Positions 29,501-37,780 of a DNA stretch of 64,000 nt are shown here, piece after piece. The notes beneath the pieces are model-generated. The model ran no database searches. It was not told the origin of the DNA and saw only the letters and a program-made list of their open reading frames with translations. The position numbers and the translations under genes were made by a program. The stretch comes from Cyanobacteria bacterium HKST-UBA04 (GTDB lineage: Bacteria > Cyanobacteriota > Vampirovibrionia > Vampirovibrionales > JAGQHJ01), in NCBI GenBank assembly GCA_020431915.1, contig JAGQHJ010000001.1:23044-87043 (forward strand), read 5' to 3'. How positions within the stretch are numbered: the first letter of the stretch is position 1; each line of letters begins with the position of its first letter.

Positions 29501-31045
29501 TTAGCACGTCGACAAAAAGTCGGTATGAACGGCCGACGTAACCCCTTGCACATGACGACCGGGACGAATGACCTGGTCGAAGCGGTGGATTTTGAGCACA
29601 TTCGTCAACCCAAGCAACTGGGTTTGGCCGGCACAAAAAACCACCGTGTCATGGTTGCTCAGGAAACCGGCGCGGCTGACCTCGTTTTCGGCCTGGGCAA
29701 TCACTTCGTCCGAGGATTCGCCTTCGAAGCGCACCTTGATGGGAAACGTACCCCAAAACAGGTTGGTGCGGTAATACGTATGCTGGCTATTGGTCAGCAC
29801 CACCACCGGGCACCGGGGTTTGCGCTTGGACACCCGACCGGCCATGCTCCCGCTGTTGCTCATCACCATGATGGCCCGGGCATCGGAACGGCGAGCCGCA
29901 ATAACCGCCGTCTGGGCAATGGCCTCGTGAAACTCCATCCCGTCGCGGTAGGCGACCATGCGCGGATCGCGGAAAACCCGCTCCACATCGTCCGGTCGAT
30001 GCCAGAAGGGCAGGTTGCGTTCGGCTTCGAGCATGATTCGGCTCATGGTTTTTACCGTCTCAATAGGAAACTGGCCGGCTGCGGTTTCGGCAGACAGCAT
30101 CAACGCATCACTGCCATCGCAAATGGCGTTGGCAATGTCAGACACCTCGGCCCGGGTCGGGGTGGCCGACGTAATCATGGACTCGAGCATCTGCGTGGCC
30201 GTAATAACCGGTTTTTCCGCCAGGTTGGCCATGTCGATCAACTGTTTTTGTACAAACGGCACCCGTTCCAGGTCCATTTCCACGCCCATATCCCCGCGGG
30301 CCACCATAATCCCGTCAGCTTCCTCAACAATGGCCTCAATGCAGGTCAAGGACTGGGGGTTCTCGATTTTGGCAATAATGGCCGGCAACAGCCTATCTTC
30401 GGGGTTGTGCTCGGCCAGGTAGCAGCGCAGGTAACGAATATCCTCGTCACTTTGCACAAACGAGAGGGCCAAGAAGTCGAAGCACTGGGTCATCACGAAC
30501 CGGCAATCTTCCTTGTCCTTCTCGGTCAAGGGTTCAATGTCGATTTTAAGGCCGGGCACGTTAATGCCCTTTTTCTCCTTAAGCAGCCCCCCCTGCAGCA
30601 CCTTGCATTCCACCTCGGCCGGGCCCAGGCGCTTGGTTACTTCCAGCTGCATAGCCCCGTCGTCAAGCAGGACGGCCTGCCCCACATTGAGGGCACTGAC
30701 CAATTCGATAAACTTGGTTGTTAACAGTCCCGCATGACCGGGCCCTTCGCCCACCACCAACTTGAGCGTCGCCCCTTTTTGCAGGTGCACCGGCTCGCCG
30801 CCCTCAAACGTGCCCACCCGGAACTTGGGCCCCTGGATGTCGCCGAGGATGGCCACAGGCACATCCAGCTCTTTTCGGATGGTGTCAATGCAATCGACCA
30901 GCACCTTGAATTTTTCGGGGTTGCCATGGGAGAAATTCAGCCGAAAGACGTTCACCCCGGCGTTAATCAGGGCCTTAATGGTGTCGGGGTTGTCGGAAAC
31001 CGGGCCAAGGGTCGCCACAATCTTGGAAAGGCGCATTGACGGCAT
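29501..31045 (-). CDS. pyk: Pyruvate kinase
   Basis: SKIVATLGP, RLNFSHG, DIQGPKFR, IAKIEN, MVARGDMGVE, ATQMLESM, PTRAEVSD, MLSAETA. Confidence 0.97.
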   Translation of the reverse strand: MPSMRLSKIVATLGPVSDNPDTIKALINAGVNVFRLNFSHGNPEKFKVLVDCIDTIRKELDVPVAILGDIQGPKFRVGTFEGGEPVHLQKGATLKLVVGEGPGHAGLLTTKFIELVSALNVGQAVLLDDGAMQLEVTKRLGPAEVECKVLQGGLLKEKKGINVPGLKIDIEPLTEKDKEDCRFVMTQCFDFLALSFVQSDEDIRYLRCYLAEHNPEDRLLPAIIAKIENPQSLTCIEAIVEEADGIMVARGDMGVEMDLERVPFVQKQLIDMANLAEKPVITATQMLESMITSATPTRAEVSDIANAICDGSDALMLSAETAAGQFPIETVKTMSRIMLEAERNLPFWHRPDDVERVFRDPRMVAYRDGMEFHEAIAQTAVIAARRSDARAIMVMSNSGSMAGRVSKRKPRCPVVVLTNSQHTYYRTNLFWGTFPIKVRFEGESSDEVIAQAENEVSRAGFLSNHDTVVFCAGQTQLLGLTNVLKIHRFDQVIRPGRHVQGVTSAVHTDFLSTC

Positions 31046-31112
31046 AAGGGCTAAAGGCTTTCTTTATTTGCAGGGTCGTAAACGTAAAAAAAGTGGGTCT
31101 CAAGGTCTATGC

Positions 31113-31140
31113 GACGGACCATGCGAGACGGGCCATGCGA
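31113..31140. repeat. 14-bp tandem repeat upstream of pyk
   Basis: GACGGACCATGCGA then GACGGGCCATGCGA (1 mismatch). Confidence 0.7.
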
Positions 31141-31422
31141 CCCCAGGCATGCATGTAAATAGTCGCAATGTAATAGTATAGTCAGCACATGGCTTCAATA
31201 AAAGGGTTTTGGGCAAGTCGCCTGCCGGTGCAGCGGCAAGCCATTGTGCTTGAACTTCGAGCACGGCCAACATCAAGCCCCCCTGCCATGATTGCCAAGC
31301 CGCCTTGGTCTTGTTATAGTGTTATGCCTTGAAATTCGAGCAAACGCCCGCCTACCCGCTCAAAGGCCCGGTAAGCCGGATTTCAGGCCAAAACAAGCTT
31401 ATTTCAGGAGTGTCCCGCCCCC

Positions 31423-31593
31423 ATGGCTAAGAAAAAAGGTCAAGGCAACCAGCCCACCATTTTAAAAAGCACGGAAAGCACCTCCGTGTACCACACCCGG
31501 AAAAACAAAACCAAGCTCAAGGAACGCCTGGAGCTGAAAAAGTTTGACCCGAAACTGAACCGAGTCGTCCTCTTCCGCGAAGAGAAGAAATAA
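31423..31593 (+). CDS. rpmG: 50S ribosomal protein L33 (Cys-free type); missing from the ORF track
   Basis: Manual translation gives [56 protein letters not shown] (56 aa), with the typical Y.T.KN...RLELKKFDP motif. Confidence 0.92.
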   Translation: MAKKKGQGNQPTILKSTESTSVYHTRKNKTKLKERLELKKFDPKLNRVVLFREEKK

Positions 31594-31622
31594 CCCCTAA
31601 TCGAGAAGGATTTGCGCCCCCC

Positions 31623-32039
31623 ATGGCAGAAAAGAACCGCCCCAAAAAACACTGCTATTTTAAAAGCAACCAAATCCCGTACGTGGATTACAAAGATGTT
31701 GGCCTGCTGACCCGGTTTTTAACCGACCAAGGCAAGATTTTGCCCCGCCGGATTACCGGTGTAAGCGCTTTTTACCAGCGCCAGCTTAGCCGAGCCGTTA
31801 AAACCGCCCGCCAAATGGGCTTGATTGCCGCCACCCTCTCCGGCGACAACCGCAAGCGCACACCTGGTGGTCGTGGCGGCCCTCGCGGCCCCCGTAGTGG
31901 TCCTGGCGGTCCTGGCGGCCCCCGCAGTGGTCCTGGTGGCCCCGGTGGTCCTGGTGGTTATGGCGGCCCTCGCGGTCCGCGTGGCGGCTTCCAAGACCGC
32001 AACGACAGCCCTGCCGAAGCAACTGCCGCTGACAGCTAG
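31623..32039 (+). CDS. rpsR: 30S ribosomal protein S18 with Gly/Arg/Pro-rich C-terminal extension
   Basis: [48 protein letters not shown]. Confidence 0.95.
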   Translation: MAEKNRPKKHCYFKSNQIPYVDYKDVGLLTRFLTDQGKILPRRITGVSAFYQRQLSRAVKTARQMGLIAATLSGDNRKRTPGGRGGPRGPRSGPGGPGGPRSGPGGPGGPGGYGGPRGPRGGFQDRNDSPAEATAADS

Positions 32040-32070
32040 GCGATTAACCCCCTGCCCATAATCCTTTAAT

Positions 32071-32106
32071 AAAAACCGCCTGAGGCTTTGGCCCCAGGCG
32101 GTTTTT
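32071..32106. terminator. Bidirectional intrinsic terminator
   Basis: AAAAACCGCCTG...CAGGCGGTTTTT between convergent rpsR and the 32146 gene. Confidence 0.85.
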
Positions 32107-32145
32107 AAATGTAAAACGGAAAGGCGCGCGTGCACCGTCTCCTTG

Positions 32146-33462
32146 CTAGAAGGTGGCAAACTCGTTGGAACCGGCGTCGACATTGGCGGTTTCGTTGAAC
32201 AGGATGTCAATGACGTCACGGGTTTGACCGTTCTTAAGGGTAACTTGGCTGGCATACGGGGCTTCGTTGAAGTTAAGCACCTTCTCCTGCACGTTGAAGC
32301 CCAGGTTGATGCTGGCCACGTCCTGGTCGGCCAACGAGGTCAGCTCGCCGGCATCCATCACGGCATCACCGTTCTTGTCGTGCCAAGCCATGACGGTACC
32401 ATCGCTGTAGGCAGCATCCTTGCTGTCCAGCTTGCCGTCACCGTTGACGTCGGCCACGGCGGCCACTTCGGTAAAGGCGTTGTCGTCGTCGGCACCGCTG
32501 GTGGCTTCTCCGGCCAGGCGATAGGTACCATCGTCGTTCTTCAGGACCACGAAGAAGTCGTCACTACCGGCTTCCACCCAGCTGGTCTGGCGGCCATTGT
32601 AGTTGACGTTCTGATCCTTGGTCACGGCAAACCCGTCACCGTTTTTGTCAATCAACATGGGGGTATAGCTGAAGAGGGAGGCAACCACTCGAACGATCTT
32701 GTCATAGAGATTACCGGACCAGCTCGACGAATCCTTGTCGGACGGCACGCGGTACTCGATGGCGGCACCTGGGTTAAAGGCCATGAAGGCATTGACCAGT
32801 TCTCGAATATTGCGCGCCGCAATATTCTGGTGGGTTTTGCTGTGGATAATGGATTTGGTGTGAGCCTTAAGATTGGCCATGGTCGCCGGTTCGCGCGTTC
32901 CGTCAGGCAGCACGATGGTACCGTAGTTGGCCAAATCCTTTTCGGTAAAGGTAATTTTCTCGCCGTCGGCCGTCACGATGTTCAGGGTTTGGCCATTAAA
33001 GCGCATGTTCTTGTTGACGTCTTTGAGGATCTCCTGCGCTTCGGCTTTTTCCCGGTCAAAACCGGCACGCGAACCATTATAGTCGTAGCGGGTGTTGTTT
33101 TTGATGACCCAGTTCAGGGTACCATCGTTTTTCGCAGCGTTGCGGGCCACAAACACGCCTTCGACCATCGGAGGTTCGGAAGAAGGCAGCGGGGAGCCGG
33201 AAGAGGGTAAGGTCGAATAATCGCTGCCAAAAATATCGTCCAACGAAGGTGTGGGGGCATCGTCACCCACCACCAGCACGTTGTTTTGGCCGGAAATCTG
33301 GGTAATGTTCAGGTCGGCATTGCCGGTAGCCCGGAAGAAGTTAAGCAGGTCGGCAATCTGGGTACCTTGAATACTACGGCCGGCCGGCAGGGAGACATCG
33401 GCAAAATTCACCTTTCCTCGTTGCTCAAACAGATCTGTAAAACGTTGGCCAATACTGGTCAT
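32146..33462 (-). CDS. Hypothetical Ca-binding exoprotein-like protein (DxNGDG repeats)
   Basis: C-terminal PMLIDKNGDG...DVNGDGKLDSKD...WHDKNGDAVMDAGELTSLA...SINL resembles the module in hemolysin/RTX-associated exoproteins. SD AAGGAG before ATG 33462. Confidence 0.75.
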   Translation of the reverse strand: MTSIGQRFTDLFEQRGKVNFADVSLPAGRSIQGTQIADLLNFFRATGNADLNITQISGQNNVLVVGDDAPTPSLDDIFGSDYSTLPSSGSPLPSSEPPMVEGVFVARNAAKNDGTLNWVIKNNTRYDYNGSRAGFDREKAEAQEILKDVNKNMRFNGQTLNIVTADGEKITFTEKDLANYGTIVLPDGTREPATMANLKAHTKSIIHSKTHQNIAARNIRELVNAFMAFNPGAAIEYRVPSDKDSSSWSGNLYDKIVRVVASLFSYTPMLIDKNGDGFAVTKDQNVNYNGRQTSWVEAGSDDFFVVLKNDDGTYRLAGEATSGADDDNAFTEVAAVADVNGDGKLDSKDAAYSDGTVMAWHDKNGDAVMDAGELTSLADQDVASINLGFNVQEKVLNFNEAPYASQVTLKNGQTRDVIDILFNETANVDAGSNEFATF

Positions 33463-33516
33463 AGCGAGACTCTCCTTTAATTTGCAGGTCAAAAAAGCTC
33501 TTCTCTTAAAGCGATA

Positions 33517-33543
33517 CTTAAAAATATAAAAACAAAATTAAGT
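33517..33543 (-). promoter_or_regulatory. AT-rich motif upstream of the 32146-33462 gene, shared with 10972-10998
   Basis: Minus strand reads ACTTAATTTTGTTTTTATATTTTTAAG. Confidence 0.35.
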
Positions 33544-33614
33544 TTTTTTTGAACCCCACCCACCCCCCTTGCTTAACATATCCCCCAAACGCCCGTCTCG
33601 AAGGGACTAAGTGC

Positions 33615-34553
33615 TCATTCTTTTACCCACAGCCTGCCTACGGCTTCCGGGTGGGCTAAAACTCGGTTTCGCCCGGCCTCAAGCGGTCTAAAGCCGTGGG
33701 ACTGCAGGGCCTGGCGCACAGGTACGGCATGGGGAGAGGTCATTTCGCCATGGCCGAGTACCACCAGCGACCCTGCCGCCATGGCCTTCTTTAAATTAGC
33801 AGCCAGGGTATCCCAGTCCTGTCGGGGCAGTTGATACCACACATTGTTTAAAAACAGCACCACCGGCTGACACAACGGCCCTTTGGCCAGCTCCCGCACA
33901 TCAACCGAATCCTCGTCCACCATCAGATGGTCCATCAAGGATCGGTCCACCTCAACCGGCAAAAACGCCGCGTTGTTCACCTCGTCAATGTCCCATTTCA
34001 CCCCATCCCCGTGAAAAACCGGGGCATCCCCCTCCATGCGGCGAAACGCCAAGGAGGCATGGTCGGTTACCGGCGAAAAAACGTGACCCACCGAGGTTTC
34101 CAATGCCCGCTGCAAGGTGTCTACATCTTGCTGGCCAGGCCGAAGTCGAAGCAGCCGCTGCTTCGACAGCATTTTGAGCCGGCTCGGCAGCAAGTCCGAC
34201 ACGTACACCACAAACGACTCCAAACGACGCCCCAGGGCACGGCTTAACAAGGTGGCCGACTGGCCCACGGCCACCGACCCATCGGAGGCACCGGGCATAT
34301 ACAACGACCAGCACACCGGCTCTTGCGACGCATCGCTCGGCCGGCTGGCCTCATAATTAAGCATGGCCTGCTTAACGGCCAAATACGTGGGTATCGCCTC
34401 GGTAATATCGCACGAACAATCCAGCAATTGGTCGCCCCAATGGTGCTGCACCGCCACATTGGCAAACCGCGGCCGGCTGGCCCCAGCTACCCTATTTTTC
34501 AGAGCCACAACGGGACGATCAGCGTCCTTTAAGGCCGTTACCTGTAATACCAT
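33615..34553 (-). CDS. Divergent CheR-like SAM-dependent methyltransferase-fold protein (paralog 1)
   Basis: MPGASDGS, YVSDLLPSRL, VLFLNNVWYQL, MAAGSLVVLGHGE and C-terminal GRLWVKE. Most degenerate of the three. Confidence 0.55.
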   Translation of the reverse strand: MVLQVTALKDADRPVVALKNRVAGASRPRFANVAVQHHWGDQLLDCSCDITEAIPTYLAVKQAMLNYEASRPSDASQEPVCWSLYMPGASDGSVAVGQSATLLSRALGRRLESFVVYVSDLLPSRLKMLSKQRLLRLRPGQQDVDTLQRALETSVGHVFSPVTDHASLAFRRMEGDAPVFHGDGVKWDIDEVNNAAFLPVEVDRSLMDHLMVDEDSVDVRELAKGPLCQPVVLFLNNVWYQLPRQDWDTLAANLKKAMAAGSLVVLGHGEMTSPHAVPVRQALQSHGFRPLEAGRNRVLAHPEAVGRLWVKE

Positions 34554-34777
34554 CTCAACCAAACCCGATTCCCAACCACCACGCACGACCACACCGAACT
34601 TATGGCAAATTCATACCTTATTTCATGTGGGCGCACCGTAATTTTCGTTATACCTTAGTCCAACATAAAAAACAACCATTCATGGATTTGCTCAGCACAG
34701 CCTCAACCCGACCCACTGCTTGGGCCGAATATGAGCAACTTCAGCGGTTCAATACCGTATTCCAAAAGGAATACGCG

Positions 34778-35017
34778 TTACACGAATTCCTGTAATTCGC
34801 GGCCATAGCGCTTCAGCGCCGACATGAACCCGTAGGTTGTAATGGTTTTAAGCACTTTGGTCGACACGCGAAGGCTGACCATGCGGTTCAACTCAGGCAC
34901 CCACAGGCGTTTAACCTGGGTATTGGGGTGCTGGGGGTGGCGGTGCTTCTTGTTCGAGAAACAAAGCTTGTTGGCGCGGTTGTAGCGCTTTCTGGACACT
35001 TGGCATTTGCGGGACAT
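34778..35017 (-). CDS. rpmB: 50S ribosomal protein L28
   Basis: MSRKCQVS.K...N...FSNKK.R..Q.PN.Q.KRLWVPEL...VSLRVSTKVLKTI. Confidence 0.93.
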   Translation of the reverse strand: MSRKCQVSRKRYNRANKLCFSNKKHRHPQHPNTQVKRLWVPELNRMVSLRVSTKVLKTITTYGFMSALKRYGRELQEFV

Positions 35018-35181
35018 CGGAATCTATTTCCTACTTGTAAACACCTGAGCGCACCAGTCTAGCACGGGGGCCCCTCTAAACTCAAGTCGAGGGCTTGACG
35101 GAGGTTTTTATTTATTACTACAGGTATAAATTCAAGGCCTCCAGGGGAATCCCAAAGCCAAACGACCCCCGTAGAGGGAAA

Positions 35182-35255
35182 GCCGGGTAACCTGCCTGAA
35201 ACCGGCCCGCGCTGTCGACTTCCACCATATCGAGGAGGTTGCCCGGTAGGCAACC
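35182..35255 (+). ncRNA. Candidate structured 5' leader with mutually exclusive stems
   Basis: 35182-35193 pairs with 35236-35247 (12 bp, 2 G-U). Alternatively 35237-35243 pairs with 35249-35255, and 35182-35186 with 35202-35206. No Rfam family recognised. Confidence 0.25.
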
Positions 35256-35300
35256 CGTCATACTGAGAGCACCCCTCCAATCCACAGTCATGTGAGCCCT

Positions 35301-36671
35301 ATGAAGCTATTTCGCCACAAAGCACACCAACAGGCCGAAACAACCGAGTCTGAAACCATAAAGACCAACGCAACGGTTCTTCCCAGCCGGTTTGATTATT
35401 TTTCGCGCCGAAACACCATGCAGCGCCGCCATGGGTTGTCTGCCCCCGGTGCAGGGTTAGCCAGCATGGTGGCCACGGCCCTGGGTGTTTGCCTAGCCAT
35501 GCTGATCATCTTGATGGGGCTTGATTCTGCCCACGCCCTGGATTTATCGGTAAAAGACACCGGGTTCACGGCAGCCGAAGCCATCAGCACCGGCGAAATC
35601 GATGACATGCCCAACGAAGTGATGGTTCGTTACCTGCCACCGGCCCCACCCACACCAGCCCCAGCCGTTACCGTCATGCTGCCCCCCGACAATTCTCTCA
35701 AGAAGAGCCCCGTCGATGATGGCCAGGCTGATCCCACCCTGAGACAACCGGCCAACCTCTCCAAAAAAGCCCTTAACCCGGTTGCCCCACTGGAAACCGC
35801 TCAAAATCATCCGGTCGCCGCTCGCTCCACAGCTGCGCCTGTTGCCCCGATTGCCCTACGCCAACCCACCACCCCGGCCCCCGCCAGTGTGCCGGACCCA
35901 ACCCGAACAACCAGCGCCACCCCCAACGTCACGCAGATACTTAACCAGCTTAGCGACGAGATGGCCGAGCTGCGCCAACAAACCGGTTCGGATACCTACA
36001 CGCCCCCGACCAAGCCCAGCTACGCCATCTTCCCGGTACTCGACCCGCAGGCCTTCAACAAGGCCTACAGCGATTTGCCCGTCATGCAGGCCGCCAAGTT
36101 CGCGACCAACATGACCAAGGCCCTGGTAGCCAAGAACATTGACGCCACAATCCTCAACCCCATCTACAGCTACGACATGCTGCGCGAAAAAGGACTGGAA
36201 CGCATTTACCAACGCCTGGTGCACGACTACACGATGGCCGGCGTGCCGCGCGAACGCGATTTATATGTGCTGACCGACGCACTGAACACGAACCTGCGCA
36301 CGGTTCAGTGGGTGGCCTTTGTCGAAACCCGCCTCGACATGGAAAACCCCACCCACGGCAACGGCCTGAGCAAAATCACGAACCGTATTTACGAGGTCAT
36401 GCAGACCGAGTCGAACTATTTTGCCAACAGCAACCTAAAAGTATACGAAATCACGCCCAAGGGTATTCAACTGGTGTGGGAAGGCACCTCCCGAGCCGTG
36501 ATCAAGGCCAACAAGGCAGGGCCCATTACCAGCTCGATTTTTGACAGCGGCAATGCCCACGACGCCTTTGGCGACGCCACTGATGTAATGGCCCAAACCC
36601 TGCTCAACAGCATGCCGGCCCACCTTAACCCCAGCAAAACCGTAACCGCCAAAATTGCCGGCCAGCCCTAG
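35301..36671 (+). CDS. Hypothetical exported protein with Pro/Thr-rich linker
   Basis: Hydrophobic segment ending ...GLDSAHA|LD (AxA-like cleavage site), P/T/A-rich region, then a globular C-terminal domain. Start uncertain. Confidence 0.7.
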   Translation: MKLFRHKAHQQAETTESETIKTNATVLPSRFDYFSRRNTMQRRHGLSAPGAGLASMVATALGVCLAMLIILMGLDSAHALDLSVKDTGFTAAEAISTGEIDDMPNEVMVRYLPPAPPTPAPAVTVMLPPDNSLKKSPVDDGQADPTLRQPANLSKKALNPVAPLETAQNHPVAARSTAAPVAPIALRQPTTPAPASVPDPTRTTSATPNVTQILNQLSDEMAELRQQTGSDTYTPPTKPSYAIFPVLDPQAFNKAYSDLPVMQAAKFATNMTKALVAKNIDATILNPIYSYDMLREKGLERIYQRLVHDYTMAGVPRERDLYVLTDALNTNLRTVQWVAFVETRLDMENPTHGNGLSKITNRIYEVMQTESNYFANSNLKVYEITPKGIQLVWEGTSRAVIKANKAGPITSSIFDSGNAHDAFGDATDVMAQTLLNSMPAHLNPSKTVTAKIAGQP

Positions 36672-36700
36672 GCACCCTGCCCTCCTCTTCCGCACTATCC

Positions 36701-37774
36701 CTACTGCTTGATCCAAAGCTGGCCTTCATAATCGTGCCCCGTTACCGAACGCCGCGGCACCTCAAACACGGGCTCGAAACCTTCCTGGCGCAGCAAGGCC
36801 GGCACATCCAACCGGTGTTTGGGCAGATCGCCGGGCGAGAATTCACCCAAAGCCGCTTCCATCTGCGCTTGCGAAACCCCCGGAAATAACCGTTGTGCCG
36901 CCAAAAAGGCCAACTGCTTTGCCATGCGGCTGGCGGCCAACGCCACCTCGGACGGCAGGGGGGCCTCCAGTTTTCCGGTCACCAGCAGGCTGCCAGGGGC
37001 CATTTGCTGGCCAAGCAGCCGGGCCACGCGCTGGCATTTCTGCGGGTCCTCCTTGTCCATATACCCCCACACATTGCGAAACAGCACCACACTGGGGCCA
37101 TCCTGGGGCAGGGGATTGGCTTGAAGGTCGGCTTCAATATCGGCCTCGCGAAACGTAACCGGCTCCCGAAGCGCATCACTAACCCGGTACCACTGGTGCT
37201 CGGGCTGACGAAACGGCAACCCGTAGGCATTCAATATCCCGGCCAGGGGAATGGGGATCGACACGGCCTGGCTAAACACCGCACGGTTGTGCCAGGCCTT
37301 AGGATCCGGCGCGTCATTTTGCTGGGCAAACGCTTGGACGGCCTGGTCGGCCAACTCAAGCTCCCGGTCAAAAACCTCGACGTACCCTTCCTGGGCCACG
37401 GCCACCCGGCCCGGATGCAGATCGGAAGCATCAATGGGGTAGGCGGTCATCGGCTTCGAGTCCGGGTGAAGCAGGCCGGTCAATCTCAGGGCATGGGCCA
37501 GGCTCCAGGCATCGCTGCCGTCACTTGCCGCATACACCCGAATGGGGTTGTCGGCAGGCATCCCTTCCGGGAATGTTTCCCGGATACGCATGGCCGCAGG
37601 CAACAGCACGGTCGGCTCGCGCAGCCACGAGGTGGTTTGCCCGGCCACCCCCCGGGGTGTAAGAAACTGACGGGTATACGCGTCGCTGATACCGGCAAAA
37701 CGACTGGCGGACGATGGCCGACGTATACCACACACCACCGCAGGACGAGGCCACAATGAAACGGGCAATGGCAT
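36701..37774 (-). CDS. Divergent CheR-like SAM-dependent methyltransferase (paralog 2)
   Basis: IRVYAASDGSDAWSLA, IDASDLHPGRVAVAQEGY, VTFREADI, VVLFRNVWGYM, MAPGSLLVTG and C-terminal GQLWIKQ. Confidence 0.7.
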   Translation of the reverse strand: MPLPVSLWPRPAVVCGIRRPSSASRFAGISDAYTRQFLTPRGVAGQTTSWLREPTVLLPAAMRIRETFPEGMPADNPIRVYAASDGSDAWSLAHALRLTGLLHPDSKPMTAYPIDASDLHPGRVAVAQEGYVEVFDRELELADQAVQAFAQQNDAPDPKAWHNRAVFSQAVSIPIPLAGILNAYGLPFRQPEHQWYRVSDALREPVTFREADIEADLQANPLPQDGPSVVLFRNVWGYMDKEDPQKCQRVARLLGQQMAPGSLLVTGKLEAPLPSEVALAASRMAKQLAFLAAQRLFPGVSQAQMEAALGEFSPGDLPKHRLDVPALLRQEGFEPVFEVPRRSVTGHDYEGQLWIKQ

Positions 37775-37780
37775 TCGGCG

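Noticed and set aside
35095-35125. Sigma70 promoter TTGACG upstream of the 35301 gene
   Set aside because: No convincing -10 hexamer at 16-18 nt spacing.
35140-35270. Assignment to c-di-GMP-I/II, c-di-AMP, cobalamin, 6S, SRP or RNase P families
   Set aside because: Only short fragments match and required conserved blocks are absent; kept as an unassigned candidate.
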